Assembly (NCBI RefSeq): GCF_006345805.1
Contig: NW_021833231.1
Location: 16,407-80,406 of the forward strand
Direction of reading: 5' to 3'
DNA length: 64,000 bases
DNA from: Octopus sinensis
Taxonomy: Eukaryota
In this document: one piece after another, positions 1-13,528 of the stretch
Layout of the letters: every line of letters begins with the position of its first letter
How positions within the stretch are numbered: position 1 is the stretch's first letter
Notes under the pieces: generated by a model
What the model was told of the DNA's origin: nothing
Database searches by the model: none
What the model saw: the letters and a program-made list of their open reading frames with translations, nothing else
Translations under genes and position numbers: made by a program

Positions 1-380
1 AACACAAACACACCATCATCAAACCCCCCAACAATGTTGACAGCCATAAACACAAACAACCACGACCTAATGGGACACATTAGGTCAAACACCAACATAA
101 CTGAAAACGACATAAAAACAAGTAACCACCCACGCACAACACCACCACAACACATTAAAATAATACACGTAACACAGAACACATACAGCACCCTGAAATC
201 TCTTTACCCTGATGCAGTAGGGAGATTTCAAAAGTATTCATCAAAGAAACTATACAAAAACCTCATGGAAGAAGACTGTGAGGTGAAAAACAAAGGACTT
301 TCGAACAAGTAACCTTTTCTCTCTCTCTTTCCTTTTTTGCACTTTCTTTTCGTGTGTAAAACACAATTTTTAATCGGAAC

Positions 381-3300
381 ATGCTCAGAATAGGCAGTAT
401 AAATGTACGTGGCTTGGGGTCGCCTTGGAAACAAGGCTACCTGTTAAATGACATCAAGTCACTAAATCTGAATATCATAGCCATCAGTGAGACCAGACTC
501 CACAGCTTGCGGGCACTCCAGCACAGTTTCGGTACACATTTCAACATTTATTTTTCTCCGTGTCTACCGAGAATGGGCGGAGGTGGCACCGCGGTGCTTC
601 TCCGGAAGAGTCTGGATCTCAAAGTAAGAGCAATTTTCCTAGACCCGGAGGGTAGGCTGGTCGTTTTGGATGTCGATGGCAGCAATGAGTGTGCTTTTCG
701 ACTGATAGCAGTTTATGCTCCGTCCTTAACAGGCCGACCAGATTTCTTTCGACGTCTAGAGTCTTTCATGGGAACGTCTCGTCCTTTACTTTTCGTGGGG
801 GATTGGAATGCCACCCTGGACACGCATCTAGACTACGTGGGTAGAGATAGCAATAGAAGGGGATGAAAATGCCTCAAAGACCTGCTCAGACGTTTCGAAC
901 TGTCTGACAGGTACCGACTGGACCACCCGAATGTGCCAATGTGGACATGGAGTAACCGCATCGGGTCGTCCAGATCATACTTAGATAGAGTATTCTGTAG
1001 GACAATAGATAAAAATAGTGTAGGTTGTCCACAATTTCATATAGTCAGTTACACAGATCACAAGTTTGTGACTTGTACACTTGATTTAGATAAGACACAT
1101 AGGCAGGGTCCTGGTTACTCGAAACTGAACGCGTCTTTTACAGCACGACAGGTTTACAGGGACCGGATCAGCACATTAGTTAAGAGAGCTTTGACGGGTA
1201 CTATCATCAACAACAGATGGTAGTATGCCCTAAAAAAAGCAATTAAAGCAGAATCAGTCAGATACAGTAAAGCCCTAGCATTAGACCGAAATAGAATAGA
1301 GGGAGAATTAGTTAGGGTTTTAGGAGAGGCACTTAGACCTGGCATCGCGTCCAACGTGCTGGCGGCGAGATTGGCCCTCGACCAACACCTCAACGCCAAA
1401 CACGAAGGATGCGTTGTCAGAGCTAGAATGCGGGCTCTGAGGAACGAAGGAGTTGGAGCCGCCCAAGAGGCCCGAGTGGTGGAGACGCAACGAGGCAACA
1501 GAGCCACCATCAAGTCTCTTATAGATGAACAGGGGCGCGAATTGCTCGAACCTAAAAGGATGTGTGGGGCTTTTCAACAACACTTCACCCAACTGTTTGG
1601 GACAAGTGGTGGGTCAGAACGCAGAGTGGACTTTAGTGCCTACCTGCATGCCTTGCCACGACTCTCAGCAAGAGAGGTGGAGTCTTGTGAAAGGCCTATC
1701 ACAGCTGCGGACGTACAGGATGCGATGGTAGGCTGCGCGAGAGACAAGTCACCAGGCTTGGATGGTCTGCCCTACGAACTTTATTTTCATATGCCAGACT
1801 TGTTTGGAGGCGTCTTGGCAGCTGTCTACTGCAACTGGCAGCAAAACGGGAGTATTCCTGCTTTTGTAAAGCGAGGAGCAGTGGCACTGATTAAGAAAGA
1901 CCCAAACAAGGGGGACGTCATAGATAATTTCAGGCCCATCACTCTGCTCAACGCAGATTTGAAAATTTTGGCCAAGGTGTTAGCCGAGAGGTTGGCGCTT
2001 GTCATCAAGAAACTAATCGACAAGGCGCAAACATGCGCCGTGCCGGATAGAAGTATTCATGACAGCCTCCATAATGATGCGCTACATCATAGACAGGGTA
2101 GTTAAGAATCCTGGCATGGGTGGGGTGCTGATCAATTTGGATTAATCAAAAGCTTTCGATAGGGTAGACCATCACTACTTGGAGGCTGTCCTTAAAGCGG
2201 CTGGTTTTGGTCCAGTTTTCCGCGGTTGGATCGCTGCCTTATACAGCGGCATCCGCTCAGTAGTTCGCGTAAATGGTCATCTATCCATACCTTTTAACAT
2301 CATGCGTTCGGTTCGCCAGGGATGCCCCCTCTCATCGCTGCTGTATGTATTGACTCTTGAGCCACTACTGCGGAAACTGGCGACGCTGAGGGACATCCCA
2401 CGAGAGCTGGGATGCGGGAGGAGCGTGTCTGCATACGCGAATGACGTCACCGTCATAGTGTCGAGCTACGAGCACATCGAGCTGGTCAGCGAGACACTAA
2501 AAGAATACGAAGCGGTAACGGGAGCAAAAATTAACCGGGAAAAGTCAGTGGGCTTGCGGCTCGGCACCTGGAGAAGTAGGCCCATGCCGTCCAACAGCGT
2601 CTCCATCGTGGGACGCTGGACGGACGGACCGGTTAAATTGCTCGGGGTCTGGTTCGGTCCGGACCTCTAAATGGAGAAGAACTGGGGCGAGATAACGACT
2701 AGGGTGGCTACTCTCACCCAGAAATGGGCTGAGAGAAAGCTATCCCTAAAAGGTCGGGCGGAGGTAGCGAACGCGTACATCGCATCCGTCATCGAGTATC
2801 GTCTGACCGTCGTGCCTTGTCCCGACCCTACCATCACCAAACTGGAACGTATACTCTTCCGCTTTTTGTGGAAGGGAAACGTTCCGATGGTTAGGCGATC
2901 CATTTGCTGTCAACACCCGCTAAATGGAGGGCTGGGCATGCCGTGGTTGATGATGCGCAGACATGCGCTGAGACTGCGACATCTCCGGTGCTTCATAGAC
3001 AACGGTGAACAGGTGTGGTCGCCTTTTGTGCGGCGCGCTTTCCCGCAGCTCGTTTCCTTGGACGAACTACAGTCATGGATCAAGCAGAGACCGAGGCTAG
3101 GCGAATGGCACCGCGAGTGTCGCGTTGCTCTCAAGCAACTCTGCCGTCCGGGATCGAATTTGTGCGACTCCATCACAACAAAGGCATTCTATAGAGGATT
3201 AGTGGAGGGGAGGTGCGACGACGAACTCGGGCAGAGTCTGGGCGTCGACGAGGAACACCTGACCCGCCTGTTCAGGACAACTTTCGGGCCGGGACCTATG

Positions 3301-4065
3301 AACAATCACCAAAGATCCCTGGCCTGGCAGTGCTATCGAGAAGCATTACCTGTTTGGGATAAGCTCTGCAGACACGATTCCAGGCACACTGGACCGACTT
3401 GCCCGAGATGCGGTCAGAGCGACGAAACCGTTCTGCACGCACTCGTGCAATGTCCAACCATTTCAGACCTGTGGGCTTATGCCGAACGGCTGCTGTCACG
3501 TGTGGGACGAATCCGCCTATCGGCCGAGTCTATCGTGTGAATTGCTCCGCCTCCTTACCTCAACCGGGAAGGCAAGGCAGTTTTCATCGTACTGATGGCC
3601 ATGGTGAAAGAATGTGTGTGGTGGACCCGAGCGAAAGGATTAGAGACAAACACTTACCTCTCTGGCCAATCGCTCATCAACTTTTTCATGTACCACTTGA
3701 AAAGGAAGGTGAGAATGGAGAGAGAAGTTTTGTCTCGCGAAAGATTCAAAAAAAGATGGGTGAATGTTGCAAAGATGGTGCGTGCGAGTAACGAAACCAT
3801 TTTGAGCATGATCCTGTAGATCGTAAAAAAGAAAGAAAGAGAGCATTTTGATCTCATGTGGTTATTTCCTCCCTAACTGAGGTTCCCGTGGTCTTTTCTG
3901 CAGGCTTTTCTTCCCACGGATGAACCTAATCTTGTTTTATCAACGTTTTTATCATTATTTCTGTGAATAACGATTTCTTTTCTTTTTTTCCACCCTCGAA
4001 AAGAAAAGTTCTGCATTTGTATTTGTCCCCTCTGTATTCAGCCCTGTGTGGCTAATAAAAGAAAG

Positions 4066-4066
<1 letters not shown>
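381..4066 (+). mobile_element. L1/Tx1-clade non-LTR retrotransposon, decayed ORF2 (APE endonuclease - RT - CCHC) plus 3' UTR
   Basis: EN motifs IGSINVRGL, IIAISETR, IAVYAP, VGDWNATL, YLDRVF, TDHKFV; RT motifs KSPGLDGLPYELY, NFRPITLLNADLKILAKVL, SKAFDRVDH, VRQGCPLS, AYANDV; C-terminal CPRCGQSDETVLHALVQC. Broken by stops (864, 1221, ~2143, 2668, 3538) and frameshifts; AATAAA at ~4054 followed by (TATC)n. Confidence 0.93.
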
Positions 4067-4133
<67 letters not shown>

Positions 4134-4166
4134 ACATTTATACGTATATGTATGTGTGGGTGTGTA

Positions 4167-4238
<72 letters not shown>

Positions 4239-4260
4239 ATATATATATATATGTATATAT
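4067..4260. repeat. (TATC)n followed by (TA)n microsatellite
   Basis: Direct reading of the sequence. Confidence 0.95.
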
Positions 4261-4770
4261 TTAGGGATTAATATCGTTTTTTCCCCCAACCACTTGAAGA
4301 TTTTTCGATTCTCAATGGATTATATTCAAAATTTTCGTCAACATGCAAAACTATATCGAAAGTACATTTTGGGGGAAAATTTCCGATTAAGATTTGTGGG
4401 TAGAAGAAAACAAACAAAAAATCTATATATTTAAGTGAGTGTGTGTATGTGTGTGTGTGTGTATGTGTGTGTGTGTGTGTATGTGTGTGTGTGTGTGTGT
4501 GCACCGCTTTAATCCTTTATGAGCTGCAAAGAAATCCGGATAAAATACATTCGTACAGTTAAGCCGACGTATTTTAAATATCTCTCGTGTTAAGCTATTT
4601 TAATGTACTTCGCTGGTTGTGCTATTCACGTTGCTCTGCTAATATCTCCTATCGGCATAAGCATGTCATATTATGCTTTACTATATAATGTTATACATAC
4701 ATACATGCATGCATGTATAGTATATACATACATACACGCACACATGCTTGCATACACGCACACATGCTTG

Positions 4771-4829
<59 letters not shown>

Positions 4830-5239
4830 GTATCTTTTCGGTTTAAACGGCAGTTTTTAAAAATAATTTCCACGTAACTAAACACTTTTAAACTTCGTAT
4901 ACTGGTAGAATGTGTTTATAAATCATCTTTTTCTCTTGGCTTTATTGAGAAAATTCTATACTTTGTAAGATATTGTTTTTTTCTTCAATTTCTGCAATTT
5001 CAACCAATCAGTGGTGTCTGTTGAATTAAAAAGCATTCTGTGCCGTATGAATATGTTCCTCGTTTAAGAAACATTGGGTTTATTTACATTTGTAAAGAAA
5101 AAAAGATACCCTTCCCACCACCCCTAATTCAACCCTAAAAGAGATTGAAATGCAATAGATCGATACTAGGGTCATAATTATGGGTGACAATTTCATATGA
5201 CACCGCTAGTAAAAACTGCCGTTCAAACCAAAAAGATCC
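4830..5239 (-). mobile_element. MITE family M1 (TIR GGATCTTTTCGGTTTGAACGGCAGTTTT), reverse orientation relative to the other copies
   Basis: TIRs at both ends; ATATATAT on both flanks; internal sequence homologous to copies at 17609, 45695 and 59517. Confidence 0.9.
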
Positions 5240-5266
5240 ATATATATATATATATACATATATATA

Positions 5267-6177
5267 CAGTAATGCCTCAATATACGAGTTTAATTATTTT
5301 CCCGTTCGTATAGCGAAAACTCGTAAAACAGAGCAATAATTTCCCATGGTAGCAATGTTATAAATCGTAATTTGTTCTCAGAGAAATATTGTTCCTATAA
5401 AATTGATGATACTCGTAAATAAATGACAATAAAACAACAATAAAATGTAAAGAATATTTGATGTAAATTAAAGAGAATGTCAAGATTATTTATAATAAAA
5501 AATATTATTAAATCATTTGTGAATCATTTTCACTCCCACTAGACTCTCACACACCGTCACTTGTAGATGCGATCGGCGATTCACAAGCACTCGTCGACGG
5601 AGTTGTACATTTCTTTTTTAAAAAAAAGTCGAGAGTTGTTGTATTTAGGAATGGTCGTTTTGCCAGTTTAGCCAATAAAAACACACGTACTATATATTTG
5701 GTGTTAATTTACTTCAGCGTTATTTATTTTTTACATTAATCTTAATCTTATTTCGGCCAGAGTTCTGTCGTCACACTTCTGTGACCGCATCAGTGGTCCT
5801 TTGCTTTCTTTTTTCTTATTTGTGTGTCTCTCCTTCCTAACGGTCAGCCATTTTGTATTTTGTATTCCTATTGTATGTGTCTTCATTTGCGCATGCGTAT
5901 ACCTCTATGTGTGTCTATGTTTAGTTAGTGTGTGTGTGTGTGTGGGGGGGAGTGCCTGTAATATTTGTATTTCCTGTTTATACACGTTCGTCTAGAGTTG
6001 TTTGCTTAGAAGAAGCATTTTTCGCTCTTTATAAATTTCTCGCTAACTCGCAGAAGCATTTGTCATGGTGGTAGGAACTTTTGTACTTCTTTCAAAATCC
6101 GGATCTTGTGTTTGAAAAATAAAACTCGTAAACTCGGTGTCTCGTAAAGCCGCTTCTCGTAAAGTGAGACATTACTT
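5267..6177. mobile_element. Tigger/pogo-like non-autonomous DNA transposon with a nested insertion at ~5640-6000
   Basis: Left end TA|CAGTAATGCCTCAATATACGAG; right end CTCGTAAAGTGAGACATTACT(T)|TA; subterminal CTCGTAAA repeats. Confidence 0.65.
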
Positions 6178-6471
6178 TATATACACACTTAATGGCTGCA
6201 ACGCGATTTTGTGCAATGCTATCGCTCCATTGTTCTCTTAAAGATGAACAGTGTGGATGTGGCTTTTCATTCTCTTTAGTTACGTGTACTAATTTGCATA
6301 AGTGTGACAAAGATGGGTGCCTCTTGCAGTAGGTGTTAAGTGAGTCTACCATCTGCACTGATTCATATCTTTCATTCTATCATGGAATTTTTCATTCAGT
6401 GTTTTGCGATGGTAGGAAGACAAACCCAGACACAAAGACATACACACATTATTTGTGTGTGTGCGTGTGTA

Positions 6472-7490
6472 TGAAATGGTCTCCTTGCTTTTCGATGCAT
6501 TTTTTCCCAGTGGCTCACAAGCTTGCTTATTTCATTCAAGGTTTTCAGCTGGTTGCGCAAACATTCATGCATCGCTTCCTGGGTTTCTTTGTCTGTAACA
6601 ATTTGATGACTGCATAAAGAATGCTTAGGCGGTTCAAAGAGGTGATAGAAGTGATGAAATCTGGACTGAGTGCCGGCTGTTTCACCAACTGAAAACCCAA
6701 TTTTTCAATGGTTTGAACGGTGTGAGCAGCCATATGAGGCATGCATTGTAATGCAATTATAATACTCAATCTGATAATAGACCTCGCCTTTTTAAAGGGT
6801 GGCATTTTAATTTTTTTATCAACTTTCCTTGACCGTGTAGGGATCAGATATCGCTTCCTAAGCTCATTATTTACCGTGGCCGTTGACAGGACAAAGGAGA
6901 TATTTTTTCGTCGTCCTGAACAACTGGAGCGCCGGTTCAACTCCAACCAACGGAACTAGGGCACAATGTTCTCCTGTTAATTTACCTCCGTAACACTACC
7001 TCCTCCCTAAGCTTTGTCGACCCGACAGAAGCACACCACAGTCGTATCTCCAAACTTCGGTACCAATTGCTGGTTTCACTTCGTAGGCCAATATTCCACT
7101 GGTGACTGTAAACCCCCTTTTCAGGTAAGGTTCCAGTATAGGCTTTTTTGCATCTCCCAAAACGGTTAGCACCACTCTTTCTGCGGTAGGCTGAATTTTG
7201 GATTTCTTTTTCGCTAGCGATTCCTCATGTTTCCGTTCCATACTCATCTGTAACTATTCTTCAAAAAAGTTTCACCTTCATCGTTTAGAGCGGTCGAGTA
7301 AGCTTTGGCGGATCTTCACACGACTGAACTTACGCGCTTCGGTAAGATCTCACGGCATCCATTTCGCACAGAGTATATGGAAGCGAAGCTTGTCGTAGAT
7401 GGTTTCAATTGCAGAACCACAACTAATTTACAGAGAACATGCTACCTCATCGATGGTCGCAATACACATACACCCCCACACATTTAAAGG
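6472..7490 (-). pseudogene. Decayed mariner (DD34D) transposase
   Basis: Minus-strand fragments QMSMERKH, KIQPTAERVVLTVLGDAKKPILEPYLKRGFTVTS, LHYNACPH (HDNARPH), KLGFQLVKQPALSPDF (HPPYSPDL), KCIEKQGDHF; about 280 bp of unrelated sequence at ~6770-7045. Confidence 0.85.
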
Positions 7491-7799
7491 TTAAAATAGC
7501 CTCATTAAGGGATAAAATTATCCAATGAATTACTGGTTCATTGCCTAGTATTTTTTGTGAACAGTGATATTCATAAAATAATAGGTCTAAATATAAACCT
7601 TGGTTTATAAATATTCAAAAGAAAATAGTGAAAATGAAGGTGTAGCATTAACATAATTGATTAACTGCAAAAATCCAACACATTCTCTTACATCTGTTTC
7701 AATTTTGCCTAAAGATTAAATTACAATAATTACATCTTTGTATTAGGCAAAATCTCATCAGAGGGATAGAAAAGATACACCGTTAGGTTATTAGGTGTT

Positions 7800-7945
7800 G
7801 TGTTTTCTGAGTTTTCTTTTTGTAGAAGAGCGTAGGCTCAAAACGTAAGACTTTTTCAGTTCCTGAGCGCTATACTAATACATCTGTTTATTTTGTACAC
7901 CACCTAGCTTTGTCTTTTGTTTTTCTTCGTAGACTTTCCCTATAC
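7800..7945 (+). mobile_element. Penelope-like terminal fragment with a degenerate hammerhead motif
   Basis: AGAAGAGCGTAGGCTC(A/G)AAACGT motif; homologous to 14530-14700 (-) and 32065-32172 (+), each abutting TA-type repeats. Confidence 0.6.
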
Positions 7946-7974
7946 ATCAACTAAGCTAAATTGAACTGTCTAAA

Positions 7975-8287
7975 GTTGAAAGACACCTGTTGTTTTTGTC
8001 CTGTTATTATTATTATTGTGTATTTATATTCGTGTGGCATCGTCCGTTTTTCTGTCTTTGCTTCGTATACATTCGATCCTTTTTCCAAGAAATCTAATAT
8101 TTGTAGCTTAGTTTTTCCTTGGGGCTGGCCGGATCGGAGCGATCTCCAGATTAATCGGCCGAAATTGCGAGGATGATCCGGTTCTTGACTGAAGATTAGA
8201 GGCTTCGAATGACCCGTCCGTTTTTTTGCGTCGTCTATTTGAATGTTTTGCGTTCTTGTCCGATTTTGTATTTATATATATATTTTT

Positions 8288-8290
<3 letters not shown>
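7975..8290 (+). mobile_element. Dispersed (TA)n/(CA)n-adjacent repeat, probable Penelope-like terminal fragment
   Basis: Homologous copies at ~30820-31165 (-), ~49640-49800 (+) and ~51075-51212 (-); contains CTGA(A/T)GA...GGCTTCGAATG. Confidence 0.6.
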
Positions 8291-8358
<68 letters not shown>

Positions 8359-8911
8359 GTATGTATGTATATATACATTTGTAAATATATATGTATATTT
8401 TTCTTTGATTTATACTTTGCAGAATTCAAGGCCAGTCGCATACAAAGTGACAAGGCTCTTGTGTAAGTGAAAACAGTACTTGTGGTTTGTGAATATGTAA
8501 ATTGGTTGTGTGTGCGTATGCGCATGCGCTCTCGTATAGTACGTGTACGTATGTGCGCGTGTCACTTTAGTGCGCATGAATGTGTATATTTCATTTCTGT
8601 TTATGTGTACATGTGTGTATTCTATATGCACACGTGATTGTGTGCATATGTTTGTCTAGTAACCTCAAATGGAGAATTCCTGGAACGTTCTACACAGTTT
8701 TCACTCTACCATTAATCGATGGCATTTAGAGAATGCGAATCAGTTTGCTTTAGTCTTTCGTTTCATTTTTTTCTTGATAAAGAATTCCTGATATTTCAAG
8801 TCTTTTAGTCAAATCTATGGTTACGTAACCCAGTGCACCAATGATTGTTGGTGGAAATGAAAATCAAATATCTCAGACGTAAGAGCTGGAAGTTTCTCAT
8901 TAATTCTCCAT

Positions 8912-9320
8912 AGGCGTAAGAGCGGCTGTGTGGTAAGTAGCTTGCTTACAAACCAGATGGTTCCGGGTTCAGTACCACTGCGTGGCACCTTGGGCAAGTG
9001 TCTTCTACTATAGCCTCGGGCCGGCCAAAGCCTTGTGAGAGGATTTGGTAGACGGAAACTGAAAAGAAGCCCGTCGTATATATGTATATATATATATATA
9101 TATATATGTATATGTATATGTGTGTTTGTGTGTCTGTGTTTGTCCCCCTAGCATTGCTTGACAACCGATGCTGGTGTGTTTATGTCCCCGTTACTTAGCG
9201 GTTCGGCAAAAGAGACCGATAGAATAAGTACTGGGCTTACAAAAGAATAAGTCCCGGGGTCGAGTTGCTCGACTAAAGGCGGTGCTCCAGCATGGCCACA
9301 GTCAAATGACTGAAAAAAAA
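8912..9320 (+). mobile_element. tRNA-headed SINE family A (CORE-like body, internal microsatellite, CR1-like 3' tail)
   Basis: A-box-like GGCTGTGTGGTAAG, B-box-like GGTTCAGTACC, CCTTGGGCAAGTG core, tail GGCGGTGCTCCAGCATGGCCACAGTCAAATGACTGAAA; at least 7 copies in the window. Confidence 0.9.
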
Positions 9321-10569
9321 TAATATAGTAAAAAGAGAGAGATGTTCTCTTTCTAAGTATATCGCTTTTTCCACGTAAGAGGTTCTATGGATGTGTATCA
9401 TGGCAGTATATTCAAGCAGTCTTTATATTTACAGGAAGTAAATGGTATAATATCTGAACCAGGCAATAAAACGAAGGTGGTAGGTGTCCTATATTATTCA
9501 ACAATTAGAAACTAAACCCGGAAATTAAAAGTAATTATTTCATCTAATGAATATCTATGATCTGAAAGAGAAAGCTACGAATACAATAATTATATCCTTT
9601 GTTAATTATTACATTTATAGATATGCTTATCTAATTACCAAGCATTTGTCTCTTAAAATCACGACTTCATGCTATCGCTTCATATTTTGAATCAGGTATA
9701 ACTTCTTACATAGATTTCACCTTAACATTCGCTGACCTTGCTTACTCATATAAAACATTTACTATATTAGCTATTAAATATTGCATTTTGCCGCTGGTTA
9801 TTTCATACAAAACTCTTATATAAACGGCAGTGGTGTTATACAGACATTTTGTCCACAAAAACCGATGTTTCAATAAGTGTATTTCAATATCTTTGCATTC
9901 TCTCTTTGGAGGTGTGTGAAACGTTTTGGCGGGGCCTCTCCTTTGGCGTCGCTGATTCAACGCTGGCTTATTTGACATCAGATGTTTTAATGTTTCTTTC
10001 GTTCTCTCCCTCTTCTCTTTCCCCCCTCACCCTCTTTCTTTCTCTCTCTTATCTTTTTCTTTCCCCCTCCTTCTCCCCTTCTCTTCTATCTTTCCTACCC
10101 CCTCTCTCTCTCTTTCTCTTCTCTCTTTCCTTACCCCCTCTCTCTCTCTGCTTATATCTGTAAGCAAATGTCTCTTTAGGCGCATGAGAGGAAGGAAAGT
10201 GTTTGTCACTCGTGTTCAATTAATAAATTGTAATGGCTATCTCTCCCTCTTTCTTTCTCTCGCCCTCTCTGTCACTCTCACCGTCTCTCTTTCCCTCACG
10301 CTCTCTCTCTCTCTCTCTCTCTCTCCCTCTTTCTCTCTCTGTGAGAACATATTTCTCTTATATGTACGAGGAGAGGGAAAGTGTTTATGCCAACTGTGAT
10401 TAAGGACTTGCAAGCTCACTGTCTCTGTCTCTCTGTCTATCTCTGTTTCTCTCTCTGTCTCTGTCTTTCTCTCTCCCCGTCTCTGTCTCTTCGTTTATGT
10501 CCTTGAGCAACTAGTTATGTTGCTATGTGTGATTTCTCTCCTCTCTTTCTCTCACTTTCTCTATCTTTA

Positions 10570-11182
10570 CAGGTTTGGGTTTATACCTGTAATTATTGGG
10601 GCACTGCCTAAATGCCAACCTTGAGAAATTAGGCTTCTCAAAACCAGAGAGGAGAAAGCTGATTCGAAGACTAAAGATTCAAGCCATCACCGGAACTGTA
10701 AAAATCTGTAAAACTTTCCAGAAGTCTATCATTTAAGTATATATAAACATATAAGGCGGCGAGCTGGCAGAACGGTTAGCACGCCGGGCGAAATGCGTAG
10801 TCGTATTTCGTCTACCGTTACGTTCCGAGTTCAAATTCCGCCGAGGTCGACTTTGCCTTTCATCCTTTCGGGATCGATAAATTAAGTACCAGTTACGCAC
10901 TGGGGTCGATATAATCGGCTTAAATTCGTTTGTCTGTTCTTGTTTGTCCCCTCTATGTTTAGCCCTTTGTGGGTAGTAAAGAAACATATATAAACATGTC
11001 TAGACATGCAACTATATGCATAAGAATACATACATTAAAAATAACATGCACATCTGCATGGATACATACATACAAAAATACCCTATTGTTGAAATTTCAA
11101 TGAAAGAGCCTTGGATCTAGGTTAGAAACTAGTTCTTGCTCTATTGGCAAGAAATCTTGAAATAAAACTGAATAATGACATA
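10570..11182 (+). mobile_element. 3' fragment of an RLE-type (R2/R4/NeSL-like) non-LTR retrotransposon, interrupted by a SINE
   Basis: Translates FGFIPVIIGAL...NLEKLGFSKPERRKLIRRLKIQAITGTVKICKTFQK (PVIIGALG is typical of the end of the restriction-like endonuclease domain); second copy at ~16860-17205 (-). Confidence 0.65.
10754..10985 (+). mobile_element. tRNA-headed SINE family B (Nin/Deu-like domain)
   Basis: GGCGGCGAGCTGGCAGAA head, GAGTTCAAATTCC B box, CTTTCATCCTTTCGGG(A)TCGATAAATTAAGTACCAG domain; ATATATAAACAT duplicated on both flanks. Confidence 0.9.
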
Positions 11183-11459
11183 CATGCACAGAAGACAGAC
11201 AGACAGATAGACGGGTAGTGCTATACTGACCTACGTACTGTTGTCTTGAAATCTGGGGTGTCCAGTGTGAAAATGTTTATTTAGAAGATTATAGAGCAAA
11301 ATCAAGAATAACTGGAAGAAAAAAAAAACAAAACAAAAAAAAACTAGAAGTTTCGAGAACTGAGAAGATGAAAACGAAGAAAATGATGAGAGACCACCGA
11401 CAATGATAGCAAGAACAATAACAGCAATCCATCCGTTCACCCATTCGCTACCACGACGA

Positions 11460-12712
11460 CGACGACGACCACCACCACCACCACCACTTGAGGAATGTAC
11501 AGCTACACTATCCAGATTACAAGTTCGGGTTTATACCTGTAATTATTGGGGCACTGCCTAAATACTACCACCACCAATACCACCACCACCACCACCACCA
11601 CCACTACCACCACCACTACTTAAGGAATGTACAGCTACACTATTCAGATTACAAGTTCGGGTTTATACCTGTAATTATTGGGGCTCTGCCCAAATACCAC
11701 CACCACCATCAGTACTACAACGAAGACCACCATCACTACCACCAATACTATGATCACCATTAACACGACTACAATCATCCCCACCGTAACCGCCACCAGC
11801 GCCACCACCACCACCACCACTACCGTCGCCGCTGCAACATCACTACCAAAGGATCTAAGAATAAAGAAAATAAAATAAACAAAAAGCAATGGAAGAAGAT
11901 GAAACGAAAACTAACACTAGAGAGAAAGAAAATGGCCGCCAAGAAAAGAGGAAAGATGGCGGCGAATGAGAAGCGAATGAAAGGACATTAACAACAGCAA
12001 CAGCAACAACAACAACAACAATAATGATGACCGGAAAACAATAGCAACAGCAACAACTGTGATAATGACGGAAACAACAACAAGAAGAAGAAAGGCGACG
12101 ACGAATTGTGGAAGAAATTATGTTGTACGATTTAGATGAGGAAAATTGATGAAGAAAAGTAATAATAATAACCATTAGCGCTACCATCACCACCACCACC
12201 TCCGGCTTCCACTGCAACCATCGCAATCATTATTACCGATGACGCCACCGCCGCCGCCGTCACCGCTACCGCCACCATCATAACCATCACCACCACCATT
12301 ATCATCATCGCTACTATTATCACCACCCGCACCAGCACCACCACCACCACCACCATCACCATCACTTTGATCACCATTGCCGCTGCCGCCGCTGCTACCA
12401 CCACTACCACCACCACCACCACTGCCGCTATAAACACCAGCACCCCCAGCACCACCACCAGCGCCGCCGCTATAAACATCACAACTACCACCACAATCAT
12501 CACTACCACACCACCATTACCGGCATCAACACCACCACCACCACCACCACCACAAGAACAACAGCAACAACATCTACCACTACCACCGCCGCCGCCACCA
12601 CCATTACTATTACTTAGAACGCCATCACCGTCACTATCATCACCACCACCACCACCACCACCGTCACCACCACCACCACCACCACCGTCACCACCGCCGC
12701 CGCCGCACGAAA
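11460..12712. repeat. (CAC)n/(CAA)n low-complexity tract
   Basis: Direct reading; source of spurious poly-His/Pro/Thr ORFs. Confidence 0.9.
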
Positions 12713-13180
12713 AGTAAAAATATAAATATAATAAATAGAAGAAAATTACCGAAGAAGAATTTTTGGCAGAAGATTCAAAAATATTGGAAGAATATTGGAA
12801 TAAACGAGAAGGAAGCGTAAGAGCAGAAGGTAATTATAATTGGGGAAGCATGGTAACAACAACAAGAACAACAACATCATCATCTTTGTCAACAAGAACA
12901 ACGACGTCATCCAGAAATAATATACTTACGAATTGCCATGTCGATGTAATTCTTGGTAATAAATCCTTATAATGTTGCTGCCATTTGGCGGGATCTACTC
13001 TGTAACGAAGAGGAACATCAAATAGAAATCGGAGTGCATAAACAGTAGGTATGTGTATGCATGTATGTATATATGTACGCATGCGTGTGTGTGTGTATGT
13101 GTTTGTGTGTATACATATATATATATACATATATATATATGTATATATGTATATGTATATATATATATGTATATATATAC

Positions 13181-13224
<44 letters not shown>

Positions 13225-13323
13225 ATATATATATGTATATATGTATATATATGTATATATATATGTATATATATATATGTATATATACATATATATGTAT
13301 ATATATGTATATGTATATATATG

Positions 13324-13354
<31 letters not shown>

Positions 13355-13496
13355 GTAAACACAGACACACTCACAAATACAGAAAACAGGTAAACAGGTA
13401 AACAGGTATGGTATGCGATGCTTTGCAAAACATACGCTTGTTTCAGTAAATAACCGTTATGATTACATAATCGCTGTTGAAATATATGTTTATATC

Positions 13497-13528
<32 letters not shown>

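Noticed and set aside
34-312. Possible C-terminus of the L1/Tx1 ORF1
   Set aside because: Position fits but no recognisable motif, and it is cut by the window edge
12367-12717. Poly-Pro/Thr ORF resembling formin or extensin
   Set aside because: Lies wholly within (CAC)n low-complexity sequence
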